The notes under the pieces were generated by a model. That model made no database searches. It was not told the origin of the DNA and saw only the letters and a program-made list of their open reading frames with translations. Both the position numbers and the translations under genes were made by a program. From Octopus vulgaris (Eukaryota), in contig OX597829.1 in NCBI GenBank assembly GCA_951406725.2, positions 52,576,001 to 52,640,000 of the forward strand: a DNA stretch of 64,000 nucleotides, in the 5' to 3' direction. Positions 12,130-26,385 of the stretch are shown here, piece after piece. How positions within the stretch are numbered: position 1 is the stretch's first letter; the number at the start of each line of letters is the position of its first letter.

Positions 12130-12490
12130 TTTTCCAAAACATTCTGTAACTGTACGTTTATTTTTTGCTTGGTTCTACATTATTCCTCCTTCATAAGTTT
12201 TCATCAGGTGATTCTTAGGTATCCTATGCTTCAATCTAAATCTAGCCTTACTAAACAACCTTCCAGTTTTCCTAACATGTAGCCTACTCGCCTTCATGTT
12301 TGGTATTTTTGCCCAATGGGTTCCAGCTTGGTTTCTGCCCAGAAGTTTTTGTTGCTCACATAATTTCTGGATTTCTAATGTTTAGGATGCTTCAAGTACC
12401 ACTGTGAAAATTTGAAACTTTCTGAGGATATTTTGAGTTTCTTTGTAATGGACTTAGCAAACCCATGCAGCAGGATGGGTTTGAAACATT
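12130..12490 (-). mobile_element. Degenerate RTE-clade LINE ORF2 C-terminal fragment
   Basis: Frameshifted minus-strand translation ...ILNIRNPEI...SNKNFWAETKLEPIGQK...VGYMLGKLEGCLVRL... resembles the RTE post-RT pattern ILxIxWPExISNxxLW...IGHxLRK. Confidence 0.5.
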
Positions 12491-12500
12491 CAGGGTTTAA

Positions 12501-12721
12501 CCCTTTCATTACCAACCTGGCTGAAACCGGCTCTGGCTCTGAATACAAATGTCTTGTTTTCATTAGTTCTGAATTAAAATTTTCCACCAAACTTTAGTCA
12601 CAATTTATGTTCCTAACACTAGCTTAATGATAACTAAGTTATTTTACTAAATTCTTTGTTAAGTTTAAAATTAATTGAGAAAAACACAGAGCATCTCAAA
12701 ATAAATACAGTAATGAAAGGG
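12501..12721. mobile_element. piggyBac-type MITE, family P1
   Basis: TTAA|CCCTTTCATTAC ... GTAATGAAAGGG|TTAA: perfect 12-bp TIRs and TTAA TSD. Confidence 0.9.
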
Positions 12722-13836
12722 TTAATATACCTGGACAGAATCTTTGTCATGGCCCATGTTGGCACCTTATAAAAAGCACCTGTGCTAGTACCATGTAAAA
12801 AAAACTGCCAATGCCAGTGTCACATAAGAAAAGCGCTCGTGTTGGTACCATGTAAATAGCATCTGTTCTGGAACCATGTAAAAAGCACCCAATACACTCT
12901 GTGAAGTGGTTGGCATTAGGAAAGGCATCCAGTTGTAGAAAGCATGCCAACACAGACAAATGGAGCCTGGTGCAGCTCCACGGCCTGCCAGTTCTTGCCA
13001 AACCATTCAACTCATGCTGATATGCAAAACGGATGTTAAATGTTGATGATGATGATGTTATGTAATATTAAAAGCTTTACTCACTCACCTTAGTCACCAT
13101 TGCATTGTATCCCTAGTTTGGTGCCAACCTTTAAAAAAGTCATTAACGAAAGACTAAACTTGAATGCAGTTATGTCCACAGTCTCTCTCTCTCTCTCTCT
13201 CTCTCTACTTCTCATATGCACGTGTATATTTGTGTATATATTTTAAAACTGAGGTAGCTACTCAAGTTGCAGGCTCTTGGTATGGAACTCTGCAATGAAC
13301 AAAACCTCAAGTCACAGTTTAAATAAATACATGAATAAACTCAACGTTAGGCAACATGTACAGTTTCATCTTGTGTTTACAAACTGTAATATTTGGCAAT
13401 CTCTCTCTCTCTCTTTCTCTCTATCCCTCTTTCTGTCTGTTTGTCTGTGTGTCTCTCTCTGTATCCATAACATATGGTGTAATCTATTATGTGGTGTGAA
13501 TTGTAAACATACTTAGGGTTTATTGATGTAAACTCAGCAAAAGAGTTAAAGCATCAGTTAAACTGCCCCGGGAAAAAGAAGAAACAAGTCTCATCCTTGA
13601 CATGGGGCAACCTTATCTATTGCTGGCATCAACCCTCAATCTACATATGAATGTATGTATGTATATATCTATATAATGTGTGTGTACATGTATATATATA
13701 TATACATATATATATGTATTACATACATACATACGCATATTTACATGTAGGTTTATGTTTATATATATATAAATAAAGCTACATGTAAATATGCATATGT
13801 ATCTATACATATATATATATATATTTACACACACAT

Positions 13837-13875
<39 letters not shown>

Positions 13876-13878
<3 letters not shown>

Positions 13879-14270
13879 TCTTTTACTTGTTTCAGTCATT
13901 TTACTGTGGCCATGCTGCAGCACCACCTTTAGTCGAGCAAATCGACCCCAGGACTTATTCTTTGTAAGCTTAGTACTTATTCAATCGGTCTCTTTTACCG
14001 AACCACTAAGTTACGGGGACATAAACACACCAGCATCGGTTGTCAAGCAATATTGGGGGGGGGCAAACACAGACACACAAACATATACACACACATACAT
14101 ACATATGAGAGGCTTCTTTCAGTTTCTGTCTACCAAATCCACTCACAAGGCATTGGTTGGCCTGAGGCTATAGTGGAAGACACTTGCCCAAGGTGCCATG
14201 CAGTGGGGCAGAACCCGGAACCATGTGGTTGGTAAGCAAGCTACTTACCACACAGCCACTCCTGCGCCTA
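13876..14270 (-). mobile_element. SINE family A, full-length copy
   Basis: Reverse complement of family A from tail (tactcttttacttgtttcagtc) to head (ccactcctgcgcc). Confidence 0.88.
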
Positions 14271-15278
14271 ATATATATATATATATATATAATATACACA
14301 CACACATTGTGAATGTATATACAGTTATATTTTTGTGTGTGTGTTCTGTTTGTATATCCTTCCATTCACCTGCCCATCCATCTACCCATTCATCCTTTAC
14401 TTGAAAAACAGTTACAGTTTAGAAACAGAAAGGGCATCTGGCTGTAAAAATTAGTTTCCCAATCCTATGTGTTCATCCAACATATGGTAGGGTGTCGGGC
14501 AAATATATGGTGTGTGTGTGTATGTGTACATATATATGCACATATGGGTGTGTGTATGTGCATATATGTATTATGTCAACATATGCACATACATCATACA
14601 CCGTCATATATTCGACAATGTATAAGTATATAAATGTGTATATATGATGTCAATGTATTGGCATGTATCAGCTGTGTATGCATATGTGTGCACATACAAG
14701 TGCATGTATATACATATTTACATACATGTGTGTGTGTGTGTGTGTGGTAATTGTGTTTTGAACTACCTTGATGTAGTGGTTGGTGTTAGGAAAGGCATCC
14801 AGCCGTAGAAACAATGCCAGATCAGACTGGGCCTGGTGCTGCCTTGTGGCATCCCAGACCCCAGTTGAACCGTCCAACCCATGCTAGCATGGAAAACGGA
14901 CGTTAAACGATGATGATGATGATGATGATAAACATCATGATGGGTAATAAAATTAAATCTATTTCTGTATTTCTCTATCCTGGTCCTTCACCCCACTCAA
15001 ACTTTGGTCCTTCATCCCCCCAAACTTTGGTCCTTCCCTCCCACCATAAAAAAAAAAACAACAATATTATGAATTTTTGCCTTTACTCCTGTAAAATAAT
15101 ATAAAGCTTAATGCCAATTCAATAGAGAGAAATACAATAGGGCTATTGTGTTTTTCTCTTTTCCTGTTTTGTGTTAGTCCTTACATTATCTAATATCAAT
15201 TTTGTAATCTAAATCTTTTGCAGGTTTCATTAACAATTGTCTTTCATTGTATATATTGAATGTATTTTATTTTGTGAC

Positions 15279-15322
<44 letters not shown>

Positions 15323-17134
15323 TGGAAGATGTATATGAGCCATTCACAGTTACACAGTAATTATAATCTTTTCTTAAACATTTATCATTTGGTATCAAAA
15401 ATCTTTGTCATACCAACCACAACCTGATCACTGACATGCCTTCACTGTAACTGGAAACTTTGTCAGTGACCAGGCTGTAGTTGGTGTGATGAAAATTTTG
15501 ATTTTCAAATAAGAAGTGTTTAAATGAAGTGAACAGTTTTTCTGTTTTTGAACAGCTAATATGTATCTTCCTTGCTGTAAATGTTTTAGCTTCAACATAC
15601 AGCTGCAGATCAAATCACTTGCCAGGCAAGAACATCTAGAATTATGTATTATATTTTTATGTCACCATAAGCAGAGGAACGATGGAAAAATACTGTTTAA
15701 TATAAATATTAGTTACACAAGCAGTATTAATGCCAAATGGCAATCTATATATCCAACTTAATGTGGATGTATTGTAAGAATGCTGAATAGTACAATATTT
15801 GATTTATTTTAACTATACATCCTCGTTAAGTTGACTATAAAAATTGCCTATTGTTTGATATAATTGCGATGATGAATTTAATTTAGTGAGGGATTTTTCT
15901 GGGTGGAATGTTTGAAATGAATTATATTTTTCATGATGTTTAGGAAGTAGTAGTATAGTTTCTGTAGATCAGATGAACATTGAAGTTTGTTCGATTCTGT
16001 TGCTGGCACTGAAATACTGTGCCTTGAACAAGTGACTAAACATTTACCCCCCATCTAAGTTACTTGGCTGCAGAAATAACAGGCAAGTCTTATTTAAATT
16101 GTATTTTGTCATATCAAAAGACTGAAGGATTTCATTAGCGTAGATCTAATCACAGTATCTGAAGCAAAAGAAGAAAAAACCCTGTTTGGATTGCTTTTGA
16201 TCATGGATCTACACAAATAGGATTTGCTTGGGATCAAATAATAATACAGCAACAACAACCTGCTTGTATAGCAATTTAGAACAGAAGATAAAACTCCTTC
16301 GATTAAGTTTACAAGCAGATTGATGTTCCATTTAAGTATATTACAAGCAATATAGATATATCAAGCTATTACCTCCCTTACATCACTCCACTCTTCATTT
16401 CTCTCATTGTTTAAAAAAGAAAAGTTTTCTCATTCACTAAAGCATATTAAAGTTTAAAATTATTGATCAGATGATTATCGAATTATATCAATTAGTTATT
16501 TTAAATGTATTTTGCCACATTATCATTTGAATTTTCTTTTTTGAAATTTAAAATATAATTTTAGAATGTGGCAATTTAATGTTTATTTGCTTTTTTTTTT
16601 ATTCATGCTTATTTTGCTTATATATTAAAATTTGCATATTTGTTTCTCATCAGTTAAATTATTCATAAGGATAAGGAGTTACATGAATATGTAATTTAAT
16701 GCTTAAACTAATGCTAACGAATAAGAGAGGAAAGAAAGTAACTATAAAAAGGAACAACATTTTGTGTTCTTAACCACATTATGGGTGGGATTTATCGTCA
16801 CTTAGGCAACCGTTTTATTCTTTATTCTATGAGGGCGAGAAAGAAATGGAGTAAAAAATGTAAGTAGCTATTACACCGAAGATAAAGGTTAATAAAATAT
16901 TTGTTGCTATGACAATGCGATGACACTGGGTACAGAATAACCCATTTCAAATGATAATGACTTTGTTCGTTTTTTGACAGTAAGGTTCTATAAAAATAAT
17001 AACAAAAGAAATGGAAACAAAATTGAAAAAAAGAAAATCTCTCAATAATAAATAATAATGATGATGATGATAATAATAATAATAATAACAACAACAACAA
17101 CAAACATAATAATAACAACAATAACAGCAGTAAT

Positions 17135-17795
17135 AATCCTTTCTACTAAAGGCACAAGGTTTGAAATTTTGGTGGAAGGGACTAGTCAATTAGATAAACC
17201 CCAGTACGCTACTGGTACTTAATTTATCGACCCTGAAAGACTGAAAGGCTAAGTTGAGCTTGGTGGAATTTGAACTCAGAACGTAAAGATGGATGAAATA
17301 CTGCTAAGCATTCCACTGAGCATGCTAACGACTCTGCCAGCTCACCACCTTAAATGATAATGATAATAATAATAATAATAATAGTTTCAAGTTTTGATAC
17401 AAGATCAGTGATTTCAGGGGAGGGTTAAGTCGGTTATATCGGCCCTAGTGTCCAGTTTGTACTTATTTTACAACCCCAAAGGAATGAAAGGCAAAATTGA
17501 CTTTGGTAGGATTTGAACTCAGAACGTAAAGATGGATGAAATGCTGCTAAGCATTTTGTATGCTAACAACTCTGCCAACTCATCGCCTTAAATGATAATG
17601 ATAATGATAATCATCTATTCTATTATAGGCACAAGGCCTGAAATTTGTGGGGAGGGAGCCAGTCGATTAGATTGACTCCAGTACACAACTGGTACTTAAT
17701 TTATCAACCCCGAAAGGGACTTGAACCCAGAATGTAGTGATGGACGAAATACTGCTAAGCATTTCATCCAGCGTTCTAACGATTCTGCCAGCTCA
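17135..17795 (-). mobile_element. Three tandem SINE family B copies separated by (AAT)n
   Basis: Three repeats of ggcacaagg...ctggtacttaatttatcgacc...gaatttgaactcagaacgta...ctgccagctc. Confidence 0.75.
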
Positions 17796-17801
17796 ATGCA
17801 C

Positions 17802-17839
<38 letters not shown>

Positions 17840-18474
17840 GTAATAATAATCCTAATAATTTTAATGATAATAATAAATTAAACAATATACAATACACACA
17901 TGCTGTATGTGGGCGGGTGATTTTACAAGCACACACATGCGTGTGAGTGTGTTTAATCTATAAATTTTGAATATGAGAATCTCAGATATTAGAAACAACA
18001 ACAACAACAAACATAGATTACGAATTGTTCACTGGAATATTATTAAGTATGAAATAATGAATCTGAGGTCTTACAATTTATCCAGTTGCTGCAGCCCCCC
18101 CCCCATACACACACCCCACACACAAAACAGCTAGTCTTTTTTTTTGATAAAAAAACAAAATAAAAGATAACTAGGGATCATAAAACCTCTGTACATTCAC
18201 CCAATTCATGTAGTTAATAATTGTATATTTCATGAGTGCTTCCCCCCCGATCATCCAAGTGTGACTGAATTATTGTGTCGCCGACAATAAAGGCAGAATG
18301 CAGATTGGTGGTTAGTGTGCAATGCATAGTCGATGCCATGCTTTTCTGCAATGGTACATTGAATGTACACTCAATAGTCCATTCAATGATTTTTCAGATA
18401 CTTTAGGGTTTTATCAATCCCAGATGGACAAAAGGGGAAGTCTAACCCCGTGAACTGTTTAGAATTAAATGAGA

Positions 18475-18828
18475 TAATAATAATAACAATGATGATGATG
18501 ATGATAATAATAATTATAACAGCAACAATACTACTACTAATAATAATAATGCTAATAATGACAATGACAACAACAATAATAATGCTAATAATAATAATGA
18601 CAATGACAACAATGATAATAATGACAACAACAACAATAATAATAGTAATAATAATAACAACAACAATAATAATAATAATGATAATATAACAACAACAATA
18701 ATAATACCAATTAATAATAATAATAATAATAATAATAAACAATAATAATGATAATAAACAACTATAATATTAATAATAACAATAACAACAATAATAATCA
18801 CAACAACAACAACAACAATAATGATAAT
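18475..18828. repeat. Compound trinucleotide microsatellite (AAT/AAC/GAT)n, about 350 bp
   Basis: Direct reading; it generates the spurious poly-I/L/T ORFs at 18383-18801. Confidence 0.95.
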
Positions 18829-19319
18829 GGGAAAATGTGCATATCAATCTTTTGCCATGACAACAGAAATGTCCTTCTTTGTCACAATGCCAAGTTTTGT
18901 GAAAGGGGCTGAAATTGTTGGTTGAATTGGTTTGGCATACAGCTGTTAAATACTTTTGCCAAACTTAGCAATCTTGGGTAGTTAATTGAATAAATAGCAT
19001 AAACCACTGAGAGGGGCCACTCACTGCTTTGTCCATCTGCCCCACATTAAGTTGATCACGAATCAGTGAGGGTTGGTGTCTCTGTGGTTAGGGGTTTGAA
19101 GCAACAGATGTAAAAATTGCCATCAAATCATACCTTGCTGTCTTTGAGTAACTTGGACACATTGGATAATGATGTCTAATTGACACTGCACGTCTGGAAA
19201 AGATAGATGTATAACGCGTTTGGAGATGATCCGTTCCGTTAAGTGTTTGACCTGTGTCTAACCAACAGCAACAATGGTCAAAATTTCTGCTTTAAATTGA
19301 AACTTTTTTTTTTATTGTT

Positions 19320-19527
19320 TTACTTTCTTATTGTTTCTAGTCATTTGGGTGATTGCCAAAGTGAGCCACAACTGAAGGGTTTAGTTCATCAAATCAACTC
19401 CAATATTATATTTAAGTCTGTTACTTATCCTGTCAATCTCTTTCCATTGATTTGATCAATTACAAGGATGTAAACAGACCAACACCAGTTGTAAAACTGT
19501 GACACACAGACATGCACAAGGACACAT

Positions 19528-19568
<41 letters not shown>

Positions 19569-20245
19569 CAATGGTAAAAAGACACCCCCCCCCCCAGTTT
19601 CTGTCTGTGTAGTTCACTCACAAGGCATTGATTGACCCAGGATTGTGTCAAAAAAGAAAAAAAAAAATATCCAAGATGATGCATCGTAGGACTGAACTGA
19701 AAACCATATGATTGTAAAGCAAACTTCTTAACCACACAACCATGGGACATCGTCTGATTGTTAGAATATATTCAACACAGAATATTTATATAGCCTATTG
19801 TTTTTATTTGTCCTTGTTTTCATTCTTTCAGATCATTTATAATATTCGTTGATTGGTTAAGAAGCTTGCTTCCTAATTATGTGGTCTTGGGTTCAGTCCC
19901 ACTGCAAGGCACCTTGGGTACATGTCTTCTAATATAGCCTCAAGCTGACCAAAGCCTTGTAATTGGATTTGGTGGACAGAAACTGAAAGGAGCCTGTCGT
20001 GTGTGTGTGTGTGTTTATATATATTTGTGTGTGTGTTTGTGTTTGTTCTCCACAACTGCTTGACAACTGGTGTTGTTTCGTGGACATCCCTGTGAATTAG
20101 CATTTTGGCAAAAGAGACCAGTAAATTAAGTACCAAGCTTTAAAATAGTAAAATAATTACTGGGGTCGATTTATTTGCTTAAACCTTTCAAAGTAGTGCC
20201 CCAGCGTTGTGCAGTCCAATGACTAAAACAAGTAAATGATAAGAA
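19320..20245. mobile_element. Two diverged SINE family A copies head-to-head (19320-19745 minus, 19855-20245 plus)
   Basis: Family A motifs in opposite orientations. Confidence 0.7.
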
Positions 20246-20875
20246 ATAAAACATTTGTTGAGTTCTTTTTAAATTAGTTTATCCAAAATGATGCATTCTT
20301 ACATAAAACAAAATTTCACAATTGATTAATTAAAAAAAAAAACAAAAAAAAACGATAAAGCAAATGGACTTTGTTTCACGAATGTGTGACAAAAAAGTTA
20401 TGAATTTAAGTTCTTCCTCGCAAATAATTTATAAGTAGAAGTCAATTATTTTGTTTATTTCTTTCATACTAGCTTGCCTATTATGGAATGTCATTTAATC
20501 CATATAGTTATAATCCGGTATGTATCTCATTTCATTCATGTTTGCACTTGTGTTTGATTATATATCAAAAGTCTCATCGTTGCACCCACCATATGGCACA
20601 ACCCAAATCCTTCCTTCCTTCCTTCCTTCCATTCCTTCCTTCCTTTCTTTCTTAACCAGAATGACTTTCTCGATCTGGTTTGCAGTATTTTCCCTTTTTT
20701 TAAGTATAAATCTTATCCATCTAGTTACTTAGTAAAATGTGTGTGTGTGTGTGTGTGCCCAATTCAATGTTAGTGATTTAGTAAGCATTTATTAGTTATT
20801 GTGGAATGATTATTAATGTTTAATGTCCTGATTTTGAAGATAGTCACATGTTATGTAATGATTATGAATTCAAGA

Positions 20876-21237
20876 GAACCATCCGAACGTGGCCGCTGCC
20901 AGCGCCGCCCCGACTGGCCTCGTGCCGGTGGCACGTAAAAAGCACCATCTGTTTGTGGCTGTTGCCAGCCTCGTCTGGCCCCGTGCCGGTGGCACGTAAA
21001 AAGCACTATCCGATCGTGGTCGTTTGCCAGCCTCGTCTGGCACCTGTGCCAGCGGCACGTTAAAAGCACCCACCACACTCACGGAATGGTTGGCGTTAGG
21101 AAGGACATCTAGCTGTAGAAACATTGCCAGATGAGATTGGGCCTGGTGCAGCCTTCTGGCTTCCCAGACCCCAGTTGAACCGTCCAACCCATGCTAGCAT
21201 GGAAAGCGGACACTAAACGATGATGATGATGATGATG
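20876..21237 (+). mobile_element. Retroposon family D with three tandem 61-66-bp internal units
   Basis: Three units accatccga.cgtggccg.tgccagcctcgtctggc.cc.gtgccggtggcacgtaaaaagc, then the shared tail and (GAT)n. Confidence 0.85.
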
Positions 21238-24200
21238 AATTTGCTGCTGGTGTCATGAGGATGCAACTCTTTGGAAATGGTCCTTCGGCCTTTGATGTCC
21301 ATAATTTAATCTGTAAGGCAGCAGCTTCCTTTCACTTTATGGGTTGTCCTGTAGCCTTTGGACTTCCCAGATTCCTCTTGTAAAGCGGCAACTATTATTC
21401 GACTGTAGCCAGTTACTGGATTTGTCTAAATCTGGTTGTGGCCACTTGAAGAAGAATAAGACACCATAATGATGCATACACTATGAAAGATTCTGTATTC
21501 ATTGAGGTTTAAAATACATTTTCAATGATTTGATTTGATTTATATTTTTCTCTTTTTTTTTCCCTCTCATATCAGGATTTAATCTCATATGTGTAATTAC
21601 TTTGTTTTCATTGTACATTAATTGTGCTCCAAAGAAAACCTGGAGTGGATTTATTTTCTCTCAACAGGGAACAGAAAACAAATGTGTCACCTTTTAAGCC
21701 AGTCATTAACTTTGCAACAGACAAATAACAAATATTGACTTTGGAAAAAGGAGTTAACACAATCTAGATGTTTCATTTATGTAACAGTTGTAACCATCTT
21801 GAAGTGTTCTGTACAACTGCATAACACCAAGAATAAACAAACAGTTTATGTCAATCAAGATTAAAGCATTCTCTTGAAAGGTCAAATGCTATTACACATT
21901 AGAATTATTCTTAGTGTTGTACGATGTATTTGTTTAATGACAACAGGCAAATGCATGCTTTGCTGGTTTGGTGATGATTAAAATCTTAGTGAACTGACTG
22001 ACCATTGATTGCAACCGTTTCCATTTCCAGTAGAAATTACTTTATTTAAATTTTATTGTCAATGTCCTTTGTGTGTGGAAAGGGTGGGTGGGAGATGAGT
22101 TTCCAATGTCTCACCTTTAAATTTCCTCTATTCTAACTGCTTGCAATTGTGTAATATGCAATCTACAATTAATGGTAATAATTGCTGTCTAGAATTATCT
22201 GGTTAGTATACAATATGCAATTATGTCTCATAGAATCATATTTCAATTCAGTAAATGCTCTTTTGTTTAATTCCATTTGATATTGCTCCTTTTTCAGTGT
22301 TTATTCATGCGTCATTGATACTTTACAGGTGTGGTGGTGAAATACCGCAATTCAATTAACATTAAAAAATAAATAAAAACATCGAGAATATAAAAATTAT
22401 CAGCACAGATTATTTTGAGTGACCAAGCTGACCAAACTAAAATATTTCTCTTTTCAGATTAAACTGCTAATGTTGTGTGTTTATATTTGTACACATGTAT
22501 TATATTTATTTACTGACATCATTGCACCTCCTTTGTCTATGTGCATTCACATAACAAATACTCATAACTCTGTAACTCTCTCTTTGCCTGTCACTTTGTG
22601 TGTGTGTGTGTGTGTTTAAGACAAAATGTATGAGCCACGTTACATACATCTTGCTTTGGCTGGCATTAATTCTGAATAAGAACTGATAAGTGGTGGCTGT
22701 TGGGAGCTCTTCCACTCTCTCTTGGCAATATTTTTTGGGAAGGTGTGTAGCTTAGTGGTTAGAGTAATCAGTTTACAATTTTAAGGTCATGAGTTCAATT
22801 CCTGGTGACACATTGTGTCCTTGAGCAAGACACATTATTTTGCATTGTTCCAGTTCATTTAGCTGGCAAAATTGAGTAGTGTCTGTAATTAAAAGGATCA
22901 GCTCTCTATGATGAGACAATGTGAAATTCCTTCAACTGATGGTAGCATTGAAAAACAAATGGGGAAAATGCGAGAGAATGATTTCTGAAGGATTTCTTCC
23001 TGTAGTCCTTCTCCTATGTGATAATTAGATTTGTTTCAATAAAGTGTTTGTGTTCCTGGTGTTTGCTTTATAGTCACATTGTTCAGGATTTGATCCCACT
23101 TCATGGAACTTGGATAAGTGCCTTCTATTTGAAGACCCCAACTCCTTAAAAATGGAATTTTGTACATGGAAACTGTGTATAAGCCTCTTAGATTTACTAT
23201 ATCTTTTGTGGATGATAGTCTTAATCTGTGCCTGCTTTAATCCTTTGCCTGTCCAAAGTATTTTCATAAGTTTGTCCTAAGCATTCATTCTTGTTTTCAG
23301 ACTTCTAGTTGGTCCTTGTTTCAGGAGTAATTTAAAGCTTTTCTTTCATAAGTCCCAAGTTATTTCGGTTGAAAAAATAAATTGGGAATGTGTATCATAT
23401 ATGATGCACGTGGATACTGGGGAAATATGTTCTGTGTATCACAAGGGATGTACAAGAGAGGATAAAGTTAACATCACCGTCTAGATTTAGTGGAGTCCAA
23501 TATACTGCAAGTGTTCATTTGAAATCCCCTAAGTATTACAATGCTTTTCTTACTGCAGCAACTCACAAATCATTTCTTTCCTTCAGTCTTAGAGGCTTTG
23601 GAAAGACTCTCATAGGGGTTGACCCTACCTAATTTCTGAATAAACCATATAAGCAACAAATGGAAACAATCTTTTCTCCTGATACCTAGATATTTCTATC
23701 AGGAGTAAGAAAAGTCTTCAGTATAGTTGTTTGTTAATGTCATGAAAAGGATGTTGTTTATTGTATGACACAAAACTGATAAATGGAGTAAAAAAGCAAA
23801 AAAATGGATAAAATAGAGACAGATATTTTGGTATTGATATAATTCATTTTTCAAATAAGGATCAGGTTTTATTACTCCTGTTATCTCAAATGATGTTGCT
23901 TCAACATTTGAGTTATGAAGATGTGCAATGGAGGAAAGAAAATTAACGTCTAAGCATGATTAGAATAGATGATGCTCGTTAAAGTATGCAGGTAATTTGA
24001 AATGATAAACACGAATTTTCTTTGAAGTCTCAAGTTTTTCAGCCCCCTAAAGGGCAAAATCTTCAAGAAAACAACCTAATTAGCAACTGACTTCCCTTTT
24101 TTTTTTCTTTTTCTTTCTTTTAATAATACTCTGCATGGACTGCAGTTATTGAATGGAACTTCTGGCACTGCTGACTTCTTAAGAGTAGCAATCGTTAAAT

Positions 24201-25899
24201 GTTAACATTCTTTCCATAGGTCACTTGACTCATAAGGTCTGTGTGTATTTAAGGCATTCTTAACACAAGACAAATGAAAAACAAATTCTTTGCTTTCTCT
24301 ATTTCTTTCCAAATGAATCGTTAGCTAATTTTGCTTCTAAGTAGAGCAAGATAAATAGACAAAAATATCTTGTCTGAAGACCAGTTCAGTGCTTCCAAGA
24401 GAATGCACATCAATGGCACAAGAAATATACTTAGTCATATCAGTGTTGTAGCCTGATTGTTAGTTGAGGTAAAATTCCTTGTAGATTGTGTCTACTTCCT
24501 CTTGTCCTAAAACTGATGCTACTTTTTAGTCATCTCCCATCACTTTTGCAGCTTATTCTAAATCTAAGCTTATTTGGTGATGCAAAATTCCTCTTGAAGT
24601 AGGTTTTTTTTATTCGTACTCTCCATGTGGTAATCACTTATAATAGTTTTATCCACATTATGGGAATTAGAAACCCCTATTTTCATCATCATCATCATCA
24701 TCATCATTATTTAACGTCTGGTTTCCATACTGACATGGGTTGCACAGGACCCAAAGTGTCCAAGGACTATATCAGGCTCTATGTCAGCTTTGGCTTGATT
24801 TCTATGGCTGGATGCCCCTCCTAATGCCGCCCACTTTGCAGCATGTAACTGGGTGCTTTTTTTTCTTGCATCCAGAGCAAGTGAAGTTGTTAGGCAACTT
24901 GCAAGACTGTGGACATTGGGTGGGAAGCGGGGGTACCTTATTCTAGGAGAATAAAAGGTAGAGAGGAGTAAAGTATGAGAGAAAGGGGCCAGAGCAGAAT
25001 GGGTTTCTTGTTATAGAAGAGCCACATGACTGTTCACATTTTAGAAGAGAAAAGTGGCATGTGTGGAGCTGGAGATTGGTGATGAAGTTCCAGAATAGAA
25101 TGGACCTTCAGTGTAGACTGTGGCTAGGAATGGATGGGGCAGGGGTACCAAGAGTGAGTAGGAGTATGTCTGATGGTGCAGGGCAACAATATAAGAATGA
25201 TGCTACAGTAAACAGTAGGGTGAAAGAGGGATGACATGCTGGTGGCTAAGTTGCAGGGGTGGGTGAGGATCTTTATATTGTAGTTTTTTGAAAAAAAAAG
25301 ATCATTTTTATTTATTTATTTATTTTTTTATCGTTAAAACATGACAATATTTCATTGTCATGCTTATTACTGTCTGCTTTATTGTCAATACTTTCCGAGA
25401 TTGACGAGATCACTCTACGCACTCTTAGAGATAGCCCTTTACTTTCAGAAACTTACTATTTGATTTTGCTAAGAAAAAAATGTTATGTGTATGTTTCTGG
25501 AAAAGTCTTCATTTTTAATTTTTGTATGTTTAATGTAGACAAATTGGAAACTTCAACATAAAAAAGTCCATATAGAAGCTATGTGTATGAAACATTGATT
25601 ACATAAATTTTGGTGAATAAGCATAAGCACTTTCTGAAAATATCAATATTTTAGACAAAGAAACAGCCATTGAGCATAAAATGATTTGGGTTAGAATCTA
25701 ATGATTTTTAGTATGTTATATAAGTGTAGGAAATATTCATGCATAATTCTCTTATTTTCTATGTACTATCAGAAATTTAGATCTCTGCAAGGCTAAATAG
25801 TATTATAATGATGGTAATTTATTTATGTTTGAAGAACATGAGGAAGAGCAGCGTGCCCTCGAGTGGCTTTGTAACCAAATCTTCATTGCTGCAGGGTTT

Positions 25900-26385
25900 T
25901 TATTTCCTGCTTACACATAATAGCGAGAGCCAGTCTGTGTTATCTGACCCCAGTTCTTTAGACTTGGAGATCTGACCACAGTGGATCAGCAGGCTAAGAC
26001 AATTGCTGTGACAAGCAAACTGTAGGTTTTTATATTGCCGTGGTCTTTTAGATGAATTGCCTTACAGGGCTTGGAGACCTCTCCCTACCCTGGAGTTGCC
26101 AGTAGGGAGTCAAAGAGGACACCAAACTGAGGAACTCCATTCCTTGATTTGCTGTTGATCTTGACTCCCCAGGCCTTTTCCTTTCTCAAGGTACTCAGAA
26201 GGCTTTGTGTTGGAAGTTTGTCCCATAACATGATAATTAACTCACAGCTGGGATCCTGATGGGTGCTACTACCCTGGGTCAGAGTAGTGACTAAGCAATG
26301 GCTCCACATTCCTCAAAATGCTGGAAAACTAGAACCAGGGTCCCACTACTAGATGCAGATTAAGGTCATACAAGGTATCATAATA
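25900..26385 (-). mobile_element. Old, unclassified retroposon-like relic
   Basis: GC-richer block; the minus strand contains atgaccttaatctgcatct...gtggagccattgc...actctgacccagggtagtagcacc, resembling LINE-tail sequence. Classification uncertain. Confidence 0.35.

Noticed and set aside
15400-15560. Possible mariner catalytic-domain fragment on the minus strand (EKLFT ... TKFPVTV)
   Set aside because: Too short and degenerate to support without a profile search.
18270-18290. Inverted Sox-like site pair TTATTGT-n7-ACAATAA in a repeat-free patch
   Set aside because: A short AT-rich match expected by chance; conservation or chromatin data would be needed.
18383-18801. ORFs of 79-119 aa rich in I/L/T/M
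   Set aside because: Translations of the (AAT/AAC/GAT)n microsatellite.
20876-21075. CRISPR-like or HDV-ribozyme-like appearance of the 62-bp units
   Set aside because: Eukaryotic context, no unique spacers and no cas genes. I could not build the P1/P2 double pseudoknot needed for an HDV-like fold.
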